Shown here: piece after piece, positions 48,111 through 60,899 of the stretch
Layout of the letters: the number at the start of each line of letters is the position of its first letter
Numbering within the stretch: position 1 is the stretch's first letter
Origin: Moniliella sp. 'wahieum'
Taxonomy: Eukaryota
Reading direction: 5' to 3'
Assembly: GCA_003971905.1 (NCBI GenBank)
Contig: RSEE01000004.1
Coordinates: forward strand, 558,001 to 622,000
Length of the DNA: 64,000 nucleotides
Notes under the pieces: generated by a model
The model's database searches: none
What the model was told of the DNA's origin: nothing
The model's input: the letters and a program-made list of their open reading frames with translations, nothing else
Made by a program: the position numbers and the translations under genes

Positions 48111-50145
48111 ATGGGAGTTGAAAGGATGGGCGGAAGCCGGTGTGCACGTCTCACGCACACACGACGTGCGGCGAGCCGAGTTGAGCACCAGCAGTTGTGG
48201 GCGGACGTAGTCGGCCAGCCAAGTGGAGTGGGTGGCTGGTGGCGCCCCGTGGGCCAGCAAGGGTGGGGATGCAGGGTGCTCGATGTACTTGCCGGGTTGG
48301 GTGCGGACAACATGGGGACGGTGAGCGTGGTTGGGAGGCGCACGGAGGAGGGATTGGCTGGGGCGAACAAAGCAAAGGGAGAGTGGTGGCAGAGGAAAGG
48401 AAAGAGGGTGTGTGGCACAAGGCGGCTCTGATCGCTGGAAAGCGAAGTTACTGTCTAGCTGAGGGAGCAGGTGCGGTTGAGGCGTGCGGGTGGCCAGGGG
48501 TGGCCTTTGAGGCAGTCGTGTGGGATGGACGGATGGACAGATGGACAGATGGGGGCGGGTGGATGATGCACACAGGCGCCGATGCGCAGGCGAGTGCCCC
48601 CCCGCCAGTGTGGAGCCTGATCTGACCATACCCGCCGTGCGCCAGTGTGATTCGCCGCACGCAGGCGGGCAGTCGTGGCGGGGCAGTGAGGCGTGAGGCG
48701 TGCGGCGCCAGTGCCGCGCCCGGCCAGTGCGCCGCTAGTGCGCCCCCGTTCGGCATCCAGAACCGCCGCCCCGCTGTCTGCGCTCAAGCGCTCAACTTGG
48801 GCCCAGGCACAGGGTGGCACCCTGGCCGCCGGCTTTACGCGGGGTGCCTGCAGGAGCCCGCACAGCACCACACTGGCGGGCGATGTTTATAAGTGTACAT
48901 CACCTGAGGCACACTGCCGCTGTGCACGCGCTCGGGAGGATTTGCGCGCCCGCATAGAGGCAGTGTGCCAACGCCGCGGCATGGCGCCAGGCGCCTCTGT
49001 TGATGTCACATGTCATCGATCATCGGCCCGCAGCGGGGCATGGTGCTGTGCGGGTGCAGCGCAGAACAGACAGACAGAGGTGTAAACAGATGGATGAAGA
49101 GAAGGAACTAGAGCGGAATCCGCCGGACGGGAAACGGAACCCGGGCGGAATCACCCGGGAGCCCGTGCCCGTCCGCACAGGTGCATGGCAGGGCAGGGCA
49201 TGGCACTGGCACTGGCACTGGCGAGGCTGGCACCGCAGCGCATGCCTGAGCCTCTGGCCGCATGGTGGGCACACTGCCCCAGTGCAAGCACCATGGCGGA
49301 TCCTCGCAGCGCGCAGCTGCTCAGCGGCTCAGCGCCCAGGCCAAGCACAGCCTACGCGCTGACGCGCCCACATGCACCACAGCAGCCCACAGCGCGTCAG
49401 CACCCAACACCCACCCAACACCCCCAAAAACACCCAACACCAAATACCTAGCACGCGCCGCCCTACCCATGCGAACCCCAAAGGGTCCGAACAGTGCTAG
49501 TGCTGGCACTCAGCGTACTCAGTAACTCAACAACTTCACACGTTCAACGTGTTCAACGTTGGTCAACTCGTCGATCAACTCACACTGCCTTCTTTTGCAC
49601 ACTGGCCTCAATCAAGTCATCCGCACGCCCTCTCCACCAGTAACAGTATAGGATTGGTTACCTCTCTCTCTTGTATTTACTCTGCAGCTTTTTCTCTATC
49701 AACGTCCCCCCCACACGCGTTTTTGCCTCCCACGGAGACGTGTAGCATCGTGGTTTTTGATGTCTCGATTCCCGCAGAGAGCCGCCGGAGACGTCGAAAC
49801 TTCTTTTGCATACATGTGGGTGTGGGAGGGCGAACTGGAGCCCAACCCATGCCAGGTTACTAGGGCTGCTTGCCCTTATTGGAGGCGGAAGGCCCACTCA
49901 CGGTGTATCGAGCTTGAACGCTATTGGTAGTTATAGAGGTCTCAAAGCCCCAAAGTGTGTGCATGATAGTAGCGTGTAGCGTGTTTCAGATAATAAGTAG
50001 GAAAGGGGAGATAGAGATGCTTCGAGCAATCTTCTTGTCGAAAGTAGTGGCGAGACCTAAACGCACAACAATATGATGAAGGACAGATAGTAAAAACAGT
50101 CAGGACGGGCCGGTGATGGGGGATGGGAAGGCGCAAAAATAGGCA

Positions 50146-53100
50146 TTACATCTCCACAGAAACGAATAACGTCGTTACTGCCCAAATTCGTTTCAGGGCC
50201 GAGAAGAGGGGAGATGATGGTCCCGTCAAAAGTCCACGCCCGAGTCGGACTCTTCTGGAATCCAGAGCAGTTCCTTTCCTCCCGTCGAAAACGAAGGCGA
50301 CATGTGGAGGGTCTGAGAGCCAAGGAAATGACTTAACCCGCAAGACGTCCGTGGCGGCATCTTTCACTTCCGCAAGTGTCAAGGGAGCCCTGCCCGAGAA
50401 CAAAATGTCGGTGGCAATGGGAAGTGCTGGCTCCAGGTCAAGCAAGGAAGTCATGGCCAATGACTGGGGAGGGACAGCACCCGCTAAACTGCGCCGCAAG
50501 GCAAACGTTTGAGTCAAGAGAGCAGACGAATGGAACCAGCTTGTGTGAAGATGGTCTTGTTTGCACCCAGTGTACGCAGTAACAGGAGCCACTGGAGAGC
50601 AGCGGTGGCAAGGGAGAGCACGCTCCTGTCGTCCGCCAGTCCTTCTCCAACCGACTCAGGCTCAGGAAATGAGAAGGAGCGTTCGCCCCAAATCAGCTCG
50701 ACGCAAGCCATTGCGGCCGGTCGAGCACCCAACATGGAAGAGCCTGCTTCAAGAGCGGTCACCAACGGATGGGTCAGTGACCTGGCCAGGGGCAGATCGG
50801 CGCGCATGAAGGCCCATGCCGCAAGCGTGATCTGGGCTAGATAGCTGGCGGGTGTATTGTGCACAGCAAGTGAGCTGGTGGTATCGAGCAGCTGTTGCAC
50901 CCATTCCCGTGTCTCCACCGCGCTAGGGCAAGCAGAAGTGGCCACCTCGATGGTGATCAAGCCTAATTCTTGCCGGCAAAAGAATTCTCGCAAAAACGAA
51001 TTCACGTCCAGGCCGCTCACGTTCGACACCTGCTCCGATGGAAGTTGGTCTTCCTCCTCTGCTTGGTCCAGATTAGAGCAGTCCATCTCTCTCTCTCTCT
51101 GGGCACGCGCTCCAAACGTTGTCGGACTCGAGGCGGCAACAATGTGGGGGAAGAGATACACCCATGCCTGGTAAAGAGAGGCCATGTGCATAGTGTTGGA
51201 AACAAGCAGTAAAGGTGAACCAAGGTACGCCCGAATTTCTGAATCGCCCCCAGCGGCTGCCCTGAAGGTGTCCCCCTCAGGGGGACATAGGGCCAGGGCG
51301 TCCTCCAACGGATAGGAAAGTAGATGCCTCTGCCACGGTTGGCTGGCTGTGCCATTGCCTGCGCCTGAACCCAATGGGAATGGGCATACGTGCGGGCCAC
51401 ACGACCCACAGCATTGGTCGGTGAGCCGAGGCGGCCGAGAGCGAGGGCCAAAAGCATGTGGGTACGTGCGCTGATATCATCGGACAGTTCATCCGACTCG
51501 ATCCCTGTTGGCTCCTCCGCCTGGTCCAAAGCAGTTGCGATCCGAGCTACGTGTAACACGGTGTGCATACGGGATGAGAGGGAGCACTGAACAAAGGGGC
51601 CCCACGCAGTCTCCACCTCCAGCAACCGAACCCATGCATCCGCGCGGGCACAGTCGACATAATTGGCGAGCAGTTGAGGGCGTCGATTGGGAGGCAGCGA
51701 TGGAGAGGAAAGAGCTGCACATTTTGCTAGCTCGACAAGATCACGAACCAAGTCAACCCGGAGCTCACTGGGCCAGTGGATGCATCCACAAAGGAACGAA
51801 GCGCATGCTCCATTTCTGCTGGACTAGTGAGGGGCGGCCATTACTTTCTCCAGCTCAGTACGGCGATGGTGGAGCAAGCGGAGAGAAGACAGCTCCTTTG
51901 CCTGCTTTCCCGTGGCTTGGACACGTAGACGTCTGTTTGACCAGCGTGCGATAAACGGAGTAGAGAACAAAGACGACGCAAGACGAAAAGGCCACGAAAC
52001 GAGCTACCTCAATCAACAAGGTTACCACGGGCAAATGGTCGTAGTGGTGTGTGGCTGTAGAAGGAACAACCGAGACACGCCTCAAGAGTTGGTGGCCCGC
52101 ACTGGCAGCCATGGCTCCAGGATGGGTCCCAACTTGGGGGTGGTCCAAGTCCGAGGACCTAGTGACCAAAAGTAAGACCCAAAAAGGCAGCCATCACATA
52201 CGAGCCCGACTGGGAACACTTGGGGCCGGCATCGACTCGGGGGAAGAGCCGGATGACATATCTTCGTCCGTGTCCATGACAAGGTCGGCCATGACGTCCT
52301 CTGCTTTGTCTTCTTCTTTGATGGGCATCAGAGCATCGAGCCTTCTCAGCTTCACGTTCCCTTCGACTCTGTTCCATCTCGTGCATCCAAACCAGCAAAA
52401 CATCCTCCCGCCTTGGAGGGAGCGGATGAGCTCCTTCAAGCCTCAGCTCGGACGACAACTCGGTCTCACGCCGTTTGAGGTGGTGGATGTACTCGGTCGC
52501 TTGCTCAAAATGGGCTTTGTTCAGTCGGGTTGCAGCACTCACACCATCGACCAAGTCCTCGGGCTCCCCCTTCTTGCGAGGCTTGCGAGGCAAGAGCGAG
52601 GTGGACCCTCCGTTGTTCTTGGGCTCCAAGTTGCGCGGGCGGGTACGGCGGCACGCAGGGTAGCAATGCGGTCATTGATATTGTTGCGATAGCGCCGTTC
52701 AATCGCGTTATGAGGCACCTTGTTGAAGGGGTCAGTCGGTTCCGAGGGTTTCTTACGTGCCCGACGCCGAGCCTTTTCGGCCACGGTGCCCGCCTCTTCC
52801 TTGGGCCAAAGGGATTCGATCGGCTGGCTGGCCTGTCGGATCAGTCTAGTTTGCTGGAGGTATTGTAGCTGAGACATTACCGAAGCCACATTTTCAAATG
52901 CTGAGAGGCAACAGCGGTCAGTACTCGGTACATGCGCAATTGTAGACCCATCATCATCGATCCTAATGGATTGGAGAGGGTGTGGGACGAAAAAAAAAAC
53001 GTACAGTTCGGCTGAAGGATGTTCCACTTGTCTGTTCGTTCGTCCAACTTGATCATTTCTTTGGCATGCAAGGCAAGCTTGTGCGCCAAGGATGTTTCTG

Positions 53101-54271
53101 ATGTAACCCTTTTGCTGGGTCCCCTTCTGCCAGCGACCTGGCATTGGAATGTCGCATGGCCAAATCCTTCGGTGTCCCGTCCAAGGTCGCAGCACGTCCA
53201 CGACTGTGTCGGATAGGCCCGTGCCGCCCGAAGCCTCATCACTCATTCGTTCTTTACTCGACTCCGGGGGCAAGCAGTTGGTCCGATGCAGGCGGCGAAG
53301 TCGGGACTTTACATTGGCTGGCCCGGCGAGGGCCAGTGGAGTCAGAGCGGGTTCGGAGGCGGCATGGCATCAGCCAGACCTGGCTGCCAAAATGCTGCCG
53401 GGGGCGCCGAGGCGCCTGCACCTGACAAGACTGCCGGCAGTTGTGGTGGGAAGGCAATGGGATGCGGTAGCCCCATTGTCCAGCTGCCACACTAATATTC
53501 ATGCTTGCCAAGTAGGCGGGAGGAGCGTAGCAAAAGGGTCCGGCGGCAGAGAAGGGGAGGTTGGGGGCAACCGGTCCATTGACCTCGGTGTAGGTGGGAT
53601 GCTAAGGATGCAGATGGTGCCAAGCTTGAGCTGCTCCTGGCATTGCTGCGTTTGCAATGCGGGAAGGAAAAAGGATACGGCGATGGGCTCTGTTGGGGCC
53701 CCTCTGCGCGGGCAGACGTGGCCCGAATGTGTAGGAGGGACGCAACATTGATGTCCATCGGTGGGGCATCTTGAATCCCCTGGCCTGGAGGAAGAGCATT
53801 GTGAATGACTCGGGGCCGGCCGATGGCCCGACGTATACTGACTCGGGGGCGAGTCGGTGCCATAGGCAGACACGCCGGGTGTGCTAAAGTTGGATGTACG
53901 TCGGGCCGTGGTGGAGATGTGGAGGGTACTGGTGGACTGAGGCAGGAGGGCGGGCTGTGTGGTGGGGCGCAACCGGGGGATGACGGGAAGAGCATCGCTT
54001 GGAACGTGGAGCGCGGCGCCAGGCTGGATGGGCGACACTGACGCCGAGAGCGAGGCAGCCTGTGCGAGAGCAGGTGGGGAGACGGCGGTAGTATTGGCAA
54101 CAGCAGTGGGCGGCGAGGGCGTAGGGTTGGCAGTTGCACTGGCATCTGCATTTGGGCTGGCGTTGTTGTTGGCGAGGGGAGCGCTGTTGAGATACATGAG
54201 GCGTGGGGGTCAAAGACTGGCGGCGGTGTGGTGGGCGTGCCCAGGCCACCGGGATGGGGCGGTGGTGACAT
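50146..54271 (-). CDS. SRE1: SREBP-type bHLH transcription factor
   Basis: KVPHNAIERRYRNNINDRIATLRAAVPA has the SREBP-diagnostic Tyr; DGVSAATRLNKA...ATEYIHHLKRRE; hydrophobic segments near 52170 and 51990; long helical C-terminus. Confidence 0.9.
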
Positions 54272-55182
54272 GCGGGCGGCTGGTGGCAGCAAGAGAAGGC
54301 GACGGCGTAGTAGCAGGGAAGCGGGTGGGAGTGGAGTAGGTGGCGTAGAACGGGAAGGAAGAGACGGAGAAGCGGTGGCGTGGTGGCGGCCGAGCAAGCC
54401 GAGGGCCTACCTGTCTTGCTGCGTCTGAGTCGCTCGAAAAGGGGCGGCAAGACTGAGACCAGTTGCGTACTGAGACTGGGTATCGGGAGGCTGGCGGCCG
54501 AGTATAAAACTGTGATAGCCCACACTGGCCCGCTGCCGGGTTTATCCACAGCGGACAGCTGCTATTTGCGAGTGCTATACGGCCTGCTACGGCTTGCTAC
54601 GGCAGGCCCCATAGCATGCAACACGCACCAAGGGCATCCGTCCCAGCTCCCGCGACCCTGGATGCTGAGTCGCTGACACACCGATGCAGAGATTGGCAGT
54701 TACGTGTGACGTACAACGCGGTTACCCTGTCCGCATGGCGAGGGGCAGTCGAAGCGCTGAGCATGCTCAGCGGTTCTGGCCCCCAGAGGTGTTCTGGTAG
54801 ATCGATGCTATTTCTCCGACCTCCCAATTCTACCCCCTGCTTGCTTGCTCTCTTGGCCATCTGTCTGATGCCCATCACTCAGCCAGCACTCAGTACTACT
54901 CAGTAGTACCCAGTACTCAGTTACTCAGTAGTACTCTCAGACATTAGTATCAGTCTGAGTACTGAGACTCAGTATTACTCTTCAGTGTATCGGCGCCAGC
55001 GCAACACTGGCGTTACAGGGGGTTAGACCTGTTGCCGCGTTCCCTTACTTTTTACATGCCGTCGGCCCCTCGCACGTGCGTGGGCCGGGCCATTCCTCTC
55101 AGCCATTCCATCCGTCGTACAACGCGTAACGCGTAACGGCCAGCGGCCATCAGCACTCAGCCTGAGCGTTTCCCCATGGCCC

Positions 55183-55222
55183 CTGAGCGCCTGAGCGCCT
55201 GAGCGCCTGAGCGCCTGAGCGC
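55183..55222. repeat. (CTGAGCGC)5 tandem
   Basis: Read directly; lies within a TGA/TCA-rich cluster. Confidence 0.95.
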
Positions 55223-57058
55223 CTCAGGGAGACATGGGATCTGTGAGATCTGAGATCGGAGAGTGAATATTGAATTGCCATGCATAATGCTACTGTCACA
55301 TTGTCACCGGCCATGTGTACGTGGAGGGTTGGCGCTGGTTATTCTGGTTGTTTGGCTGCATAGGCGCTAGGTCCCAGGTTGGGTGCCGGCGGAATATCTC
55401 TTAGACTGACGCAAAGCTCGGGGCGATCTGCGCCGTGCACAGGACAGGAAACGGCTGGGCTGGGCGAAGTGGCCAAAATCGCATGACTTTGGAGGTGTCG
55501 TGTCGAGAGCAGCACAGAGCTCTATCCCCCCGCACACCCCTGCCGCACTGCCCACCTGCCTCTCATCCGCTCGGGTTTTCCCGGATATGCCATGTTTCAA
55601 ATTGCAATCGTCCGCGATGCATCATCGATCCATGATTAATGATTCTCGACTGTAGCCGCCCCATCGGCCTCACGGACGCATACCAACAGCTGCATGTACG
55701 AATCCACCCTGTTCGAACCTCTTCAGCGCATCGAGCTTGGGCTCCCAGCTCCCCAGGCCCACACCCGTCATCCAGCCCTCGAAACTCACTTCAGAGCTTC
55801 CGAGGGCCAGGCCTCTCACAGCGGGACTCTCACACGTCACACCTCCGTCACGCCCGCAACGTTGGCTGTGACATGTGAAGCCTGAGGCTCAGGCGCTCAG
55901 GCCTGAGGCGTTGTTGCATGTGAGCGCGTGAAGGCGCCAAGAGCTGCTGAGCGCGCGCTGAGCCCCAGCCAATGGCAACCGGTACCTTCCCCACGATTCA
56001 AGTTCTGACGCGGATGCCTGTCAGAGAGTCAGTAGTCAGAAGCGGGTCGGCACATCTTGTTGCTCCGCGTTCCCTCTCCTCCACCTCCGGCAAGTTCCTT
56101 TTTAGGGAAGGAGAGGCGATGATGGTGGTCGCATTCTAAAGAGGAGACCGTCAGGGGCTCAACATATGGAGAGTCGCGTAGAACAGTGTGGAAGGGAGGT
56201 GATTTGTCAGATCTGCTTACGCGCTGACACTTTTTGCACTAACTGAGAGTGTCACCATGTCACTACTGTTGCACGGTGGATCTTGAATTCCATGATGTGG
56301 TTTCCGTACCGTAGGTCTCTCGAGAGAGAGACTGCGCACAACAGACGGAAGCAGGAAATGTCCCGCACTGTGAAGGGGGCATTTCTCCCACTCAATACGC
56401 AGATATTCAGGCCTTTCTTGTGCTGTGATGTGCATGATGGCGATGGTCATTGTCACAATCGGGGCTAAGGCGAGGGAGACCAGAATCGGGACTAGGCCAA
56501 GGGGTGTAGCAACCGTTCGTGAGGAAGAAGCAAGAACAGAGGGAGGACATGGTGCGAAGTGGAAGAAACAGGGAAAGGAAAGAGCTAGACGCTCGGGACG
56601 AAGAAACTGGAAATGGGAGTGAGATCAGTCAAACTATATGATGGAGACATCCCGGGTTGTCGAAAAAGGCCAGTTCATTCAACAGTTCTGCCTTGATCAA
56701 CTGCGGATCAAGATGAGACGGTCCAGGTAACAATCGCCCCCCCTCTCTTGATTTGTGTATAATGGCGAATTGCTGGCGGGTCGTGTTACAGTCGCTACTA
56801 AGAAGTCGAACTTGTGCAAGGCCATGGGTACATCCTCACAAGACTTTCTTCCGAAAAGGCAGTAGAACCACTGTCGCCCTTTCAACGTCTAGGTGGTCCT
56901 CTGGCTCCAACGCGCTCAAAGAGCTTCTCGGATACCGTATTGGTTTTGTCTTCATATATACTAGCAGTCAACCCCTACAGCGAAATGTCGTTACATTCCA
57001 CGTGGTGGAACGGAGGAGGAACTTCTTCCACAAATATAGCCGTGGATGACCTTGTGAG

Positions 57059-57863
57059 TGTTGAGCCACCGGGTGGCTCGTGCTTTGGCCAATGTCCCTT
57101 CAGTTCCTCCTCATGCCTGAGAGTTCTGTTTTTTTTCTCCCTGTTTTCCTTGTTCAGCAGTATAGCCCCTGGTGGCGACTCGCTGCTTGATGTTCCTCAG
57201 TAGGCGTTGCTGGTTGGTTTAGACCACCACCACCACCACCACCACCATCAGTGCGATTGTATCACCCTCGAGGACCATCCGGACTCCAGGTCTCATCATT
57301 GAGGTTCCCGCCAATATAAAAACGTCTTTTACTCCTTTCACTTAGGCGCTGCCGTGGTAGAGTGTGCCCCTATCACTGCCAGAATAAGATGTCTTGCTGA
57401 TATGATCTCCACGCAGGGTGCGACAAGATGGACGTCGTACGTGAGATGGACGACGACACTTAATTTCACGGGGGCTTCATGGGGATGTGATCAACGTGGT
57501 GTTGATTCTGAACCAAAAACACGGACCGCACAACACACCTCACAACACAGAAGGTCATCTTCTCTTGTTCTCATTTTTTTGGATTTGGGCTTAGTTATAT
57601 AGCCGCCTCCGCTGTTGAGCCACCGCGGATGGCCCGTCTCTGTTTTGGCCAACCTCTCCTCTCAGTCGCATAGGAGTTCCGTTGTTTTCTCGCTTCTGTT
57701 TTTCTTGGTTCCGCAACCTTAATAGCCCCTGTGGTGGCGAAAAGACCGACAGAGTTGTGGCTGGTGCTTCCGCATTAGTTGATGTTCCTTTGGATACTTA
57801 GGCGTTCCTGGCTGGCTTAGTCCACCACCACCATCAGTGCGATTGCATCACCCTCGAGGACCA
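57059..57863. repeat. Degenerate direct repeat pair of about 220-250 bp (57059-57277 and 57613-57863)
   Basis: Both copies start TGTTGAGCCACC and end (CAC)nCATCAGTGCGATTGYATCACCCTCGAGGACCA. Confidence 0.8.
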
Positions 57864-58349
57864 TTTGGATGTTGTTGGCACGCATCCTCAGGCCACTGGC
57901 CTCAACGCGTCACGAAGGACATAAAATATGGCGTACAGTTAGCAGCCTCATTGAATCGTTCACCGGTGGCGGTTGGTGCATGATAGTCACCTCCGTCTTT
58001 GTTGTGACGTCAGCGCATCCGCTGCAGGCCCGGACGGCCAGCCACGGCCGAGGGCGGGGTTTCGTATGCCGACGTCCGGCCTCTCTGGGAGTCTCCAGGC
58101 TCTCCAGGACACTCTCCGCCTCCTCCACGCGTTCGAATCATGGCCAGGGATCGGTATTGCGAGCCCGTCCTCCGGAGTCTCAGGCGAACAAACGGCGAAC
58201 GGCCAACCGCGTACCGCCTATCTCGATCTCCGCCATATCCCCCGAGATCTCTCTCTCCTATTCACACATTGTCCGCTGCCGAGAAGCAGTGTTCTGCAGT
58301 GCGCCCTCGCATGTTCCACTCTACTGTGCCTTCGCCATTGTGGATTTTG

Positions 58350-58356
58350 TATAAAA
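58350..58356 (+). promoter_or_regulatory. TATA box of the Ohr gene
   Basis: TATAAAA about 100 nt upstream of ATG 58453. Confidence 0.6.
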
Positions 58357-58452
58357 GGTAAGCCCCCAATCGCCCATCGGTTGTTTCCTCTCACCATCGT
58401 TCCCCACTCCCCGCTCCCACTCCGTTCTCGTCGCCGCTTTCCCATCTCAACC

Positions 58453-59030
58453 ATGCTTGCTCGCATTGCTCCCACCGTTCGCCCGGCCGTTCGTGCCGCT
58501 ATGCGCCCTGCGATTGCCGCCCGCGGCATCGCTACGCTCGAGTCGGTTGTGTACACGGCCAAGGCTGAGGCTTCGGGTCTCGGCCGTAATGGTCGTGTTG
58601 TGGTCCCCGAGGCCAACTTCGACTTCCAACTGGCGTAAGCATTCCTCAATCCCATCTCTTACTTGCCCTGTGTCCTGACCTAACTCTGCCTTGACGCGAT
58701 TGCAGTATTCCCAAGGCGATGGGCGGTACTGGAGAAGGTACCAATCCCGAGCAACTTTTCAGCGCGGGGTGGAGCTCCTGCTTCCTTTCAGCACTGCAGT
58801 TCGGGGCCCGGACCAACAAACTGAAGGTCCCCGAAGACCTCAAGATCCGTGTAGAGGCCCACATGGGCAAGCCTTCCGATGGCTCTGCCTTTGGTCTTGG
58901 CGCCGACATTTACGCTGAGTCCGCCTCGACTGATGTTGAGGCGATTAAGAAGCTTATGGAGATTGCCCACAGCATCTGCCCCTACTCTCGGGCTACTCGG
59001 GGAAACATCGAGGTCAAGCTTCACCCTTAA
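58453..59030 (+). CDS. OHR: Organic hydroperoxide resistance protein (Ohr/OsmC family) with mitochondrial presequence
   Basis: YTAKAEASGLGRNG; intron 58635-58705; IPKAMGGTGEGTNPEQLFSAGWSSCFLSAL; AHSICPYSRATRGNI (both catalytic Cys present). Confidence 0.95.
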
Positions 59031-59819
59031 AGTGTGGTATTCACCATTCCTTGTTTGAAGCATGTAATCATCCTATTCCCATCGATATTCAACACAAACA
59101 TAGGTCCTTTCGTCAATATAATTGTTGACTGTAGTATAGTGACCATCACAACGTTGACCAGAGTATGTGATACAATAGTCCCTGCCTGTTGTAGTTGTTG
59201 GCGTTAAACTCTCCTCCTATACATACGACGATAAGGGAGGGGAGGGGTGGTGCAAACACAGAGTGGAGATTGTCGGAGCGGTTTAGTTGCGGGATTTGTC
59301 AGTCCTGCTGTAATGTTTTGGTCAGTGAACATCGAGAACTGCCTTCAAGCTTTTATATCCATCAAGATGTGTGTTTGTATTGGATCTAGGCGAGTGCATT
59401 TCGAGATTTTGCCGAGTGTGGGCTTGGGCACAGCATGCAGGGATGTACTCATCAGTATATAGAGAACATGTTCCGCCCGCACCTCCCTATTTCTCTGGTA
59501 GGGAGAGGGGGCTGTTGAACCAGGCTTGGATCCAGCCTGGTTCCTCTGGATCGGTTGCCGGTACGGGCGTAGACCCAATCGATCCCCATGGCGAGTACTG
59601 GCATCCCGGTTCCCTCCCGAGGCGCACGTTCGGCACCGCCCCCCTCTCCGCAGGAGAGCTGGGCACCCAACATGGGGTTTACTTCCTAAGCACACCAAAA
59701 GTTGGTATTCCACAATTGTACCCATATATCTCCGCAGTACAATGCCCGCCTAAAGAGCTCGAGTGAAAGTGCCATAAGAGTGCAGTGGATCATGCAGCTT
59801 AGATTGAGAGGACCGGAGT

Positions 59820-60518
59820 CTAGTAAACGATGGGTTCGGGGCGTTTGGAAAGACGATTTTTTTGCGGATCAATGCAACCACCTCGTAGTAGGTAGGGGTG
59901 GAGGATAAATTATCGTCCTCTACTTGCGGCACGTCCGACAACTCGTTGGGCACGTCACCCATACGTGACGGGGACGAGGAAAAATCTACCGCGTCCGAGT
60001 AGGGGGCAGCCGCTTCCGGGGAGTGCTCAATGGGCTAGAGCGAAGCACCTCTTCTTCCTCCACATCCTTTGGTTCCGGGGAAGAAGGTGCTTTCCGGGCT
60101 CGTTTTCGCTGGGGCTCCTCGTGCTGAGGTTTCACTTTTCTCCTCTTCTTTTGGAGCACGGCCAGTGGTTTTTGCAGGGAGACAACCTTGCCTTCGAGCC
60201 TGTGCCGCGAGATCGTGAGGATCGGATGCTCCTGGGAAGTAGTTGTGAGAAGGTGGACGAAATAATCAAAAGAATACATACCGAAAACGTCTTTTCCCAG
60301 CTCAAAGATCCGATGATATGAGCAGGAGCCAGCTGGTCGGGTGCGTCGTCGTCGTAAGCTTCGTTCTGACCAGTGCCGTCGATGTCGAAACTGCCTTGAA
60401 TCTCGATGAGAATCGGTTCACCCTGGGGCGCCATCTGTGCCAGTTGAGTGGGAACAGTGGCAGGAAAGGTGGTGGGCTTCCCACGGGGGTCGACCGGGAT
60501 GTGGATGTGGATGCGCAT
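59820..60518 (-). CDS. CTF8: Chromosome transmission fidelity protein Ctf8
   Basis: ILIEIQGS; RHRLEGKVVSLQKPLAVLQK; YEVVALIRKKIVF.KRP (joined over an indel). Confidence 0.85.
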
Positions 60519-60899
60519 CGTTGGTGGTGCCAAGGGAACAAGCGAACAATTGTGGCGCGGGCAAGTACGCGTGATTCGCGAGTGAACGACGCGGCGCGAC
60601 CTGGCGCGACCTGGCGCGACGTGGATGCAATTTGCAATTCAGCTGCGCCCGCCACCAACATTTCATTCTTGGGCCCTGGGCAGCTCCCGTTGATTGCACC
60701 GCCTCCGCTCCGTTGTTCGGCTATGGCCCCCTGTATCGTTTGCGTAGCTGCGCCTCCATGCACACACCGTACGATCCTACAAGACAAAGTGCGGATTCTA
60801 GAATGCGACAGGCCGTAACGGGTGACAGGAACAAACGAAGGTAGAGGGACCGAGCCGTGCAAAAGATGTGCCCTTGTTTACCGATGAATTTCATCCTTT

